A program made the translations under genes and the position numbers. The notes under the pieces were generated by a model that did no database searches, was not told where the DNA came from, and saw only the letters and a list, made by a program, of their open reading frames with translations. Shown here piece after piece: positions 27,745-39,269 of a DNA stretch of 64,000 nucleotides (the first letter of the stretch is position 1; each line of letters opens with the position of its first letter). The stretch comes from Trichoplax adhaerens (lineage: Eukaryota; Animalia; Placozoa), in the NCBI RefSeq assembly GCF_000150275.1, contig NW_002060962.1, positions 434,001 through 498,000 on the forward strand. Reading direction: 5' to 3'.

Positions 27745-29860
27745 CTAGAATTTATGACTATTGGATATACTGGTGCCTTTGATACGATTATTGTTGGCTT
27801 GATGCAGCTTAAACAAAACTATGATTAAAGTGGTTATAAAAATTGCTGCAATAGCTGCTAAAACGTATGTAGCTATCATATACTCTCTGCGAACCATGCC
27901 GGACATTGCAGGATTGTTGGTGGTCATCATTGTCGTAGAAGGCGTAGTCATTCCTTTAGTCGGTGTCGGTGTCGGCTTTGTCGTTGGTGTGGGAACGGTA
28001 GTGCTGGGTACTCCCAGCTTTGGTAATAGCTTGTTCCAGAATGCAACACGATCAGAAAGATAATCCTTTCTAATTTCTGATTGATTGCTAATTTTAAAGT
28101 AGGATGCATTATTTGCATTATACATAGGCCACTGCGCAGCCGATGATGCCATTGTCGGTGTACTAAAATCGGTAAGTAAATCGTTGCAAAAAAATTGTAA
28201 AAAGTTATACAGTATATGAGTTGGTATCATTTAATATAAACACGTATACAACATATAGATTTAAATAATTTATGACAAATAATTAATTAATAATAAAGCC
28301 GTAGTAACATTATTCTTGAGAGTAAATCAATTGCGGTGATTACTATAGCTACAAGTAGGGATATTCAATGACTTACCCATGCTTAATAAAACTGCCCCAA
28401 ATTTGCATGATATCACGAGATACCGCAACATCTTCAGATGTGAAATTAGCTGAAAAACTGCTTGGCCTATTAATAGGATAACCCATTACATAAGGCACTT
28501 CCATTGTATGTGTAACACCCATATATGGAGGAAATGCAGTAGATAATTGAGTTCGAAATGCAAATTCGTAATAGTAAGTGGATACACCGTCAGCTGAATA
28601 TTTTCTTGCGCACTTGTCAGCTGGTGCCACAAAAAAAAAGTCATTGAATAACTTATTAATTTCGTCTCTGTTAGCAATTGGATCATTTTCTTTTGCATAT
28701 TTTGTATATTGATATTCGATAGCAGACCTTGATTGTTGGCTATATGCGGCAAAATAGCCGGCGATTGTACCCAGAAAGACAGCTCGTGGTAAACCTTGAC
28801 CAATATTTTGATACCGATTAACTTGTAAGAATATAGAGCCATCATCAGTGGTTGTGCCCAACATTGTATTCACTTTTTCATATTGTCCATTTTTTAACAG
28901 TGTCTCCGGGCTGTCAGGTAAAAATTGGCCTCCTGCAACAACTACAAATCCTAATGGATAAGTTGCCATCGTTGTTAATTGAGCTGTGAGTAACTCTTTC
29001 ATAGTAAGTGCTCGAAGACATGTTACAATTTGAGCTGCTGTCGAACGACTACAATTTGAAAGCTGGGCAACTTTTTGGAATACTATGTTTGGTATTTTAA
29101 AATCAACGTAATAGAATTGTGGCATAATAGGGGCACCACTCTCCATAATGATGCGATGAAATAAGCCTTTACTACCTTGGGACATTGTATGCAATCCTAC
29201 AGATACAGCACCAACAGAATTGCCTGCAATAGTTACATTTTGTGGATTACCGCCAAATTTGGCAATATTGTTACGAATCCACTTCAAAGCTAATTGTTGA
29301 TCGAGTAAGCCAAGATTTGGTTCAATAGGGTAATTGTCATTGACTTTAGATGTTGTCATAAAGCCGAAAGCACCTAATCGATAATTCATGGTAACTGTGA
29401 CGATATTTTGATTAGCAGATAGTACTTTGCCTTGCCATCTCGATCCACTACCGTAGTAATAAGCTCCGCCATGGATAAATACAAATACAGCAAGATTGGA
29501 GGCATTATTGGTTGTTGGTGTCCACACGTTCATATACAGACAGTCTTCGTTAACTTGACCTTGTTTCGTTTGTGAACTAAGATCAGGAATTGGTAACGCT
29601 TGGGGACAAGCATACGGCAATGTCGTTGTATTCTTAGTTTGTGTCCATGGTGTTTGAATCGGCTGAGGAGATTGAAATCTTAAATTACCTACTGGTGGTT
29701 GCGCGAAAGGGATACCGAGATATCCATAAACAGCTTTACCTTCAATATTATAATTTTTACTTTGAACTGGACCTTTATCGGTTTGTACGATATTAGCCCA
29801 AGAAAATATCGACAAAATTAAGACTGTTAGAAAGCAAAGATAAATTTTCTCCGCACCCAT
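27745..29860 (-). CDS. CCE6, carboxylesterase with Thr/Pro mucin-like stalk, TM and cytoplasmic tail (exons 29860-28377, 28162-27745)
   Basis: HGGA, GNSVG, GTTTDDG, GVTHTME; closest paralog of CCE5. Donor GG|GTAAGT at 28376, acceptor ttttag at 28163. PSTTVPTPTTKPTPTPT stalk, TM, tail ending SNSHKF*. Confidence 0.93.
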
Positions 29861-32800
29861 CTTGTACGCGATGGAAACTTCTAAAGAATAAACCCTTCAC
29901 GGTTACATAGATGGTTAAATAAACTCTTCTCATCAATAACATGATAAATAGTTTTCATTCAATAGATGTCCTATCGAATGTTGGTAGCATTGTTAGATTA
30001 TTTCATGACATCATAATATATTGTTTCTAACTGTGAAATGTCAGTAACATAACAAGCAAATGAAGAGTCAATTATTTTTGACAGATAATAATAGTGATGT
30101 CTTTCGGTATAAAATTAGATTATTTATGTAACTTGATAAGTTTGTAAAGTAAGTGACTTAAGTCATTGATATGTAATATTGTCTATCATCATTCTTCGTT
30201 ACATGTACAGCATTATAGTAAGGATACGCTCAAGTTGTTATAAAAACGAATTAGAAGCAGCGTATTTTGTTGTAATTTTGATTTGGGCAAGGTTACATGA
30301 CATTTAATAACGAGATATACTAATACTAATTAATTATTAAAAAATGATTAAATCAGGAATTATTATTTTTGTATGATAATAGTTATTCTGATTGAATATC
30401 GCTGATCGAATTTTGAGAAATATGAATCGGTTATCAGAATTGTAATAACCGTTTTAATGACTGTTTGAATATTTTAATGTTAGTTAAACTTCATCAACAA
30501 AATGACTAATGTATATACTGTACTTCAGTAGGCAATTGTAATTATTTGCAATTCATGAGAAAATTATATTTTAATGATAATATGTAATTGGTAATCTTCT
30601 CAGTTTGAAAGGATTGTCTTAAACTTGAGGTTTGTACTGTATGTCTTGAACTGTTTATGATAAGTTATCAATGTATCTATTTTTATAATTTTTGATTATT
30701 CTCGTTTATAGTGCGAAAATTTACAGTCATCCTAGTTGTTGACAACATTTTAACATTAAACTAAAATTTATAAAGTGCTAGAAAAACCCTTCTATTACAT
30801 ACTAGTTGCAAACAATAACCTACCATATTCTTGACTACGTGAGAAAATGCTAAATAACATATTTACATTCATTCGTTCCACAGCATGTCGTGAATTAATT
30901 TCATCTGTACGCCTATACATGCAGCTGGTATAACAATAAAAGCATTAACATGGCAGAAAGAACGAAAACTGTTTTATCTTGACCTTTTACTACTAGTCAT
31001 TGTTTTTGTAAGCCATTATATATTTAGCCTAAGGGTAAAAAAACAATCCTTTTGCTAATTTTAAAATAAAACAGATTATGTATTGGCAATTACTGTTACC
31101 ATCCTATATTATTTTCTACCCTATAGCAAGTTTAACCCTATATATAGACTACTAAAGACAAATGGCTATTCGCTATTGTAGATAGTTCCTAAGAAGATCG
31201 CTAAACCATACGGTAACGTGAATAGCAAGCGATAGCGTAGGCGATGGCGCATACTGGTATCTCGATATACTGTATTTAATTTTACTCATTCAATTTATTG
31301 GATATTTCAATCATTTTTAGAAATATACCAAACCAAATTAATCGAAGCCAAGCATATACCCTCTTTCAATCAAATGAGGGCTATAGACAATTACACATGA
31401 TTGTATTTCGTCGATCAATGAGTTTTAAATTTTCTAAACTTGAATAATCGAAAGAAAATTGTGCCCTACCATTTTCTTCATTTGTAAGAACGAATAATGT
31501 AATAATGAGCAATTAGAAATGCAAATGATTAATGTTGTAGAGCTGTGAAAATAGGCTAGTTTGAAGTCATTTTATATCTTGTAAAAGTGAAACCTTCCTT
31601 AACATACAACAAATATATGATATCTCTATCCTGTCATCTGCTACTTGTTTATAAGGGATTAGAATCTAACTTTGTTGTTTTAATTAACGGTTAATATCCA
31701 TATTATTAACCCTTCATTGGATACTCTAAGCAATTACTATATTTACCCAATTATTGATTACCTACGAGTATATAACTTTCTTTTGGTTAAGCTAAGGTAG
31801 TGACGAGTCAGTTTTAGCAATATCTTATAAATTATTGTCACTATTGATGTAATTATTTAGCTAAAATTGCATTAAGAAATAGTGATATCGTCTTAATCAA
31901 ATAAATGCTGTAACCCCGGTCACTTATTCTAAAAATAAAAGTATCTACTGTAGTTAATAATATGTGAGAAATTATTTTGTTACAAAATGAATGCCAACTG
32001 TTGTTTTAGATCACACGAGTAAAGTTATTGATCTTCTATGATTTAATTCTACTACCAATCTGTCCATTAATAGGTAGTCTTTAGTGAAGCGAAGTTATTT
32101 GCTAATAAATAAAGTATTAGACTATCTTTATTATGAATAAAAGAGTAAAATATACTGTTATTCGATTACGATGTCTAAAGAGAGTGTTTAAGCTAGTATG
32201 TCTGCAGCGCCATAAACTTTGATACAAAAAGGAATATGAATAAGTCATATCTAGCATTCGAATTACTTGAAATTTTGAAATTAACTGATTTTGCTCATGG
32301 GACTGCTCTTATTGAGGACACTTTCTGTGCAATTAGTGACCATCAGATGATATAAAAATTCCTGATTTTATGCAATTTAATTTAGAAAGGAATACAAATA
32401 GACAATACAGTTTTTTCATTATCCACAGGATGTGGCCATTTCGAACTATAAATTGGATATGACTGCTTTTAGACTGATTACAGACAGTATTGGAAAGTAA
32501 TCTTTATTGTGATAGACGATACAGTTCAATGAAAGCATTATTGGCTACTTTGTAGTATCGAGATTTTATGAGTAGAAGACTTTTATAATAATTGATGGAG
32601 ATAAAATTGAAATAATATACCGAATACTTATATAAGTGAAGATAGCTTTAGGTCATTTCTCCGATATTTCAGCTATGATGAATTTGGTAGCTGAGATTGA
32701 TTTGTTATTAATTTTAATTTTTATAGATTATAAGCTACTTCGTTATAAAACAGGCTGACTAAAAAATTCCTGTTAGACTCTTAGCTTCTGTGGATAATAT

Positions 32801-35185
32801 TCGCATAAATACTCGAGTAGGATACGCGTATATGGGGTGTAGTTCTCGGATGTATTTGTTAGTATTGGGATAAAGGCTCTATTGATAATATGTTCGTATA
32901 ATAGTAAGTCGACGTTAGTTTAGTAGATGAAATCGGATTTTAGGAAATTATATAGAAGTTACTTTAAATATTACAGTAGTTGTGACTTGAAGAATGGCTT
33001 GAAGGGAGATTGAATTCATCTATGAAACTATGTTGTATTCTGTTCTAGTCGACATGGTTAATTTGTCTAGTAAGAAGTAAGGCAATAAAAAATTGTGAAT
33101 TGGCGTCTATGCGATATCAAATATGTATGGTAGTTTTGCATTTACTCGATGTAATAGCTTTATACAAATGTTATTGTTTTTAATTAAGATATCAATATCA
33201 TTCTGTTAAGATTCATGTTTTGATCACTTAAAAGAATTGTCGTTTTTTCTTGTGTTGTATATCATTTTTATTTATTTTACGAGTACCTATATTCGGAGAA
33301 AGGGTATCTTCTGATTAATTATTATTAATAACTCATTCAATTTCTTGCAAAGATAAAAAATATCAAATTTGATTTCATAATAGGTAGATGTATAGTTTTA
33401 TTGGTTGCGCTGTATTTACAATATTATGTATCCACACGATAAAGATGAATATTCGGAAATTGAGATGCGATACTCGTAAATTTTATGACCTATCGTAGTT
33501 TAGCATCTAAATTCTATCCAACTCCAAAGCCGTAGATTGAATAGATATCTCTTATGTATTTTATGTGCAAGCACATATGAATTTATATACTGCCATACTA
33601 AGCGGCAGTGATGCATCTTAATATGATGGTGGTATTAGTTTTAGTCAATTGCAGTAGGAATATGTTTTAAAAGCGTACTAGTGTTATGAACTAAAGTACT
33701 GTGTAGCGTAGGATTGTTTCTGTGGTGAATAAAGTAGTTGTAGACGATGGCTGTTATAATGAAATTTCGGGTTAGAGGATTGCAAACCTAGGGGTTACAA
33801 AACCCATTTATTACATATTTTGGCGCTACGAGTACTACATCTATAGATTTTAATAGGGGAGTTTTCTAAATTGTCAATAATTTTAATAATGGCTATTCAC
33901 TGCAGTATCGCTTATAAACGAATTCGACGAGTTGCTAAGTACTATAAATTTTCGTATTTTGGTACATCGTGAATTATTTGCCGATGTTAACACCGATATA
34001 ATGAGTTAATTTCGAATCGCTACCATTATTGTACATTTGAAGCAGGGAATGAAGAGCTGAATATAATTATGTCAGCATTGTATTACATCATGGCTAAAAA
34101 ATGATTGCAGCTATGCTATTGTATATGCTCAGTGGCTAAGCTAATAACTCACCATATGTTATTGCAAAAACTGAGAAATTACCTACAACATATAGTGCTT
34201 TTGGGGTATGGAATGCCTTAGTTCGTTTATGTTTATTTATAGGCCAACCATCCAAGTTGTATTGACCCATTAGTAATAATGTTCGGTAAAGCTTTGCTGG
34301 GTTGCTTAAATGAGAAAGAAGGTGAATGATAGAATTTGACGCAAAAATACTGTCCCTTTCATATGGAATCTACGATCACAAAGTATTAATTTTGCTTCAC
34401 ACTCGTACATTAAATCGCACGGCATTAAAGTAACTACGCCGAGTGGGCGAAAATTTATAAGTTAGAACAAGTATGACTAAATATCTAGATTTGCTCTGCA
34501 TAGATTAAAAGATAATACCTATTGTTGGCATAGAAATGGAGATCTCTAGCAGTTTATAATATTGGATTTGGCTGTATCTTCGCTTTCGCCAAGACAACGA
34601 AGGCTGTGAACAGTTTATGAAATAACTGAATAGCCGACTACATTTCTGGTTTTAACTTCATTTGAACTCGGTAAAGTGTTATGCTATACTGAATCATTCA
34701 TTATACAGGGATTAGTCGATCCTTTGCTCGTTATACTTCGTGCACTATTTTACTTTACAATATATCACTGATGGGATAGGGCACAAATATGGGGTTGTAG
34801 TAGTTGTAACTCAAACACAACTCGATCAAATATGTCAAAAATTTTATCTGGAGACACTCGATACGAGCAGAAGAATCGATGCTTGTTTATTAACTGTAAA
34901 TGAGATTTCGATATTACTATAATTACGCTGAAAATTGCAGATAAAATTGAGCAATGATCAGTCTCCATTCTATGAGTAAAATATTAATAAATATTACGTA
35001 GAACCATGTTGTAATCACATAAAAATCATTAAATGATAATATTTCATTCACTTGTATACAAATTACACTGCAGTTGAGTATGACCATTGCCATGAATAAT
35101 AATAGTGTTCAATACGATAAGTAACTCAACAAATTTGAATATTACTGTATACCCTCAACTATCCTCCTTGGTAAATATTTCAGCC

Positions 35186-37384
35186 CTACAGGTTTTCATC
35201 TTCAGCTTTGGTATTATTTATTAAATGTGTCAAATTTTTGGATGGCCCCCGCCGGTAGCGGACTACACAGTATATTACTATGGCAATTGCAATGGCACAT
35301 AATAAACCAAACTGAACGTAAGTTCCAGTAATGTAGGCGGGATCGGCACATTGCTTTGGCGATGGAGTAAGCGGTGGAGTAAGTGGTGAAGTATTTTGAG
35401 TACACTTACTCGGTTGCTTTGTTAATTGTGGCCAGAATTGATTCCAAAATGCAACATAGTTTGCTCGTGGTGAGCTGTAGACCTGTGGAGCTAATGCTAC
35501 TTTTAGATAATTTCCAGTATTGGAATTGTACTTTGGCCATACGACGGGATTATTTGAGACTGGGTTTCTGAAAAAATTAAAGTAGAGCAGTATTAAATCA
35601 AAGTTAGCTAATCAATCGGGTTTTCATTAACTAAAATAATTTACTCTAATGAAGTTGCGATTAGCATTGTACTGTAAAAATTCTACCCTTAATTAACTTA
35701 TTAAATAATGAAGGCAAAGGCTTGATGATCAACAGTGATCGTTTCAATTTGTACTTCGATATAGATGTACGAGACTTTTTGTATTGTACTTAGTATCAAT
35801 AGAAAATGTGATAGATCATAGCTGTTTTAGTTTACACTAGTAACGATTAGGATTTGTTAATGTCTGAACTTAATACAGGGATTAAAGAGAAGACAATTTT
35901 GATTAATTAATTTAATAGATGACTTGCCCGTTATAGACGAAATTGGACCAATACTGAATCAAAGAATGGCTAATACGGAGGTCATTTGGTGAATATCTAC
36001 TATTGTCATTGGTCGGTTGACGAATGGGATAACCAAAAAGATAGCTGATCTCAGATCCAACCGGTATATACTTGGGCTTAAAAGCAAAATTGATGGAATC
36101 GTTGATAGGATAGCTAAATTGATACACGTACGATGAAATTCCTTGAGCAGCAAACTTCTTCAATGTAGAAACCAGTGGAGCTGTAACGATGTAATCGGAA
36201 TATAAGTATGATAATTGTTGCTGATTAGTGACAGGGGATGATTCGTTATTCCAATCTGTATAGCGATTTTCAATGGCAGATCTTGCAACAAGATTAGTGT
36301 AACTGAATAACCAATCAAGTTGAGTTATAAATTGCTGTCGTTGAATTCCACTACTCGAACCAGAAACAGGATTGGCCACACTTGCCATAACCTGAACCTG
36401 ACGATTAAATTGATTATTGTTTAAAGCCACTACAGGATCAGTTTGAATAATATTTCCATCGATAACAGCTTTAAACATGTTATCGTATGTTGAAGGAGTT
36501 AAAGATGATTGAACAGATAAAATGTTTGCAATAGGTAAATTGCGTAAACAGGATAGGATCGATTTTGCGGTCGTTTGTACACTACAATGAGATTTTTTGA
36601 GGAATTGTTGCATAGATTTATTGGTTGCATTTAAATTCGAATAATACATACGTGGCATGAGTGGAGATCCACTGACCAAGGCAATGCGTTGATATAAGCC
36701 ATGTTGTTGTGTTGAATTTAGAAATTGTAAACCAATTGAGAAGGCACCAGTGGATGTACCAGCTAAAGTGACTCGCCTAGGGTTACCACCAAAATTGGCA
36801 ATATTCTTTTGAATCCACTGTAAGGCCATGACCTGATCTAAGATGCCTAAATTAGGTGTAATGATCGATCGACCCATGGTATCAGTCCCTGTTAAATAGC
36901 CTAAAACTCCTTGACGAAAATCGAAGGTCACAACAATCAATTTGCCAGTGACGGCGAAAGCTTGACCATTGAATAACTCCGTATTCATCGAGGATGGAGA
37001 ATCACCATGAAGCCAAACAAGAACAGGTAAAGGATTATTTGACGATTGATTTGCTGGTACGTAAATATTCAAGTAAAGACAGTCTTCACTTTTGGTTGAA
37101 GTTGAAGAATCTGCAATACTGTGATAACATAACTTTGGTGTAGTCGTAGCTTGGCGTATTCCTGTCCATTTGGTAGGTTGTACAGGGCGATAAAATCGAA
37201 AATTTCTGACTGGCGGTTGAGCATAGGGTATGCCAAGAAAAGTAAAGCATGATTGATTACTATTGATAGGTGTAATGTTCCCTTTGATTTTTCCTGAATC
37301 AATTTGAACTGTCAAATCACTTTGAATGAAAGCATTATTACAGACTAGATTGATCAAGACGAGTGCCAATACAACGGTCTTCAT
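35186..37384 (-). CDS. CCE7, catalytically degenerate cholinesterase-like type I membrane protein (exons 37384-35928, 35567-35186; GC-AG intron)
   Basis: Oxyanion loop HGDSPSS, elbow GTSTG, acid-loop region deleted or altered, His region YIPVGSEI with no His. GG|GCAAGT at the conserved intron site, acceptor ttttcag at 35568. Exon 2 reads NPVSNNPVVWPKY...AFWN, Pro/Thr stalk, TM, tail ...KAEDENL*. Confidence 0.88.
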
Positions 37385-37969
37385 AACGGTCCTTGATGTC
37401 GACTAAATAGGGATGAAAACTCTTTTTACAACTGTTCCGTTTCTATCGATGCAAATCGAGGAGAAAAATGAATCACTTTAGGCCCCTGTTCCCTATAGCG
37501 TTTTTGTCATACGATCTTTTACTTTGTCCTATTTACCGACTGTAATCTATTTATTTATTTTCACTTACTTGTTAGTACAGTAGCGTGGTAAGGGAGTTTC
37601 TAAATTTATTAATGGCAGGCCATCAAATGCATTATTCATTCATCCCAAGCTGTCGATGATAAGATCGAGAACGCTGATAGGACAGTACTATACCGTATTG
37701 TATAGTATCGATTATCAGCCTGGTTATCCATCATGTTTTCTGTATAGTCATTACGGGCCAAGAAAATATTTCTTTTCTCCCCTATGGTAATTTGTAGTCA
37801 GTGTCTTTGTCTGAAAGAAAATGGTTGAGTTATTAGGTTCCAGTATGGACCAAGTACAGTGCGGTATAATTTATTGTCGTCCGAAAGGGATAAGATGCTT
37901 TCACCTCTGACAAAGTATAAAACAGTATCCAATCGGAAGACCTCAAATTTAATTGGCTTGTGAATTATT

Positions 37970-38015
37970 AGAAGAAGAAGAAGAATGATGATAATAATTG
38001 TTATTATTGTTGTTG
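37970..38015. repeat. Compound trinucleotide microsatellite (GAA/TGA/TAA/TTA/TTG runs)
   Basis: agaagaagaagaagaatgatgataataattgttattattgttgttgt. Confidence 0.7.
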
Positions 38016-38375
38016 TCTAGGCTATTTTATCTTAGCCATTTTGTTTCAAATTGTCCTACCCAAAGTGCTCATGGTGTTGCATGTGTCAAAAATTCTCCAT
38101 ATTCGTCCAGCTAGAACAAGTAATATTCTCTACCATTTTACTGAAAGACGATAATTGCATTACAGTATTCATCTTATTTCGCTATATATTATTATTATAC
38201 AGTATACAGTACGGTGTGTTTATTTTAGTTTCAGTTTGCCAAAATCCTTCTCGAGGTGCTTTAAATAATCAAAAGACCTCGAAATTTCATAACGGTGTGT
38301 AAAACTTTTACCTACGGGTACATCTAATAATAATATTTAATATAACCATTACTTAATATAGTCTCTTTAATAGTG

Positions 38376-38545
38376 TCTATAAAATAGTTCAAAGAAATTG
38401 TAACATGCAACGTTTTCTTTCTTGTTGGTACCGTAGTTCATACTTTGCAACAGCTAGAAGTCCAAGGTACAATAGCTTCTATAAAATAGCTCAAAGAAAT
38501 TTGTAACATGCAACACTTGCTTTCTTGCAGGGTACCGTAGTTCAT
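38376..38545. repeat. Direct duplication of ~66 bp (38376-38441 and 38478-38545)
   Basis: tctataaaatag(t/c)tcaaagaaatt(t)gtaacatgcaac...ggtaccgtagttcat occurs twice. Confidence 0.85.
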
Positions 38546-39269
38546 GGTCTCATTAAACACACTTTTCAATGCATTATCCAGAATATCTGGAGATATGTAG
38601 TGTACTGTAGGTTACTACGAGTACTGCATCCTGGTCTCATTAAATTTCAAGTAAGATAGCAATACTACAGCATTAGATAATTTCGCATTGGCAGCATCAC
38701 ACTGCCCTGAAATAACGTTATACTGTATCACTCCAAAAATGAATATGCAGTACTTTAGTACAGTACAATGCACATCCACTCATACACAATATTCATCCTG
38801 CCTGATTAATTCATTTATTTATCAATCATCCGATTAAGTTAACTAAGCATCTTTTACTGTACAGTATAGCAATGGATACGAATTTTCAAACATTTCTGAT
38901 TGTAATGTTACTGTTACTGTTAGTCACAATATTGAAGGCTGTGCGCATTTAATATGCCTGTAAAACTTATCAACATAATTTATCTTAGCAAAGAGATGCC
39001 ACAGAGTATCCTTTTGCAAACCAAATACAGTACTATAAATAAGATTGAAAAGCCTTGAAAGAGTTGCTCGAGTTTGCAGCTTGTAATATACAAAATTGAC
39101 AATAACCGCAAAAATGTTGCCATTACGAATTGCTGATTCGGATGTGCAGAATGTAGCCTAATCTAGTTACAATTAACATTGTATACTACTGTACTACATT
39201 TCCAATACTGTATTGACTTAATACGAGTATTACAGCAAAATAGAGTAGAATTTATCATTATACCACGTA

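Noticed and set aside
35912-37384. CCE7 as a truncated pseudogene ending QVIY*
   Set aside because: A GC donor at the conserved site and an intact in-frame exon 2 give a complete protein without frameshifts. A pseudogene is not fully excluded without expression data.
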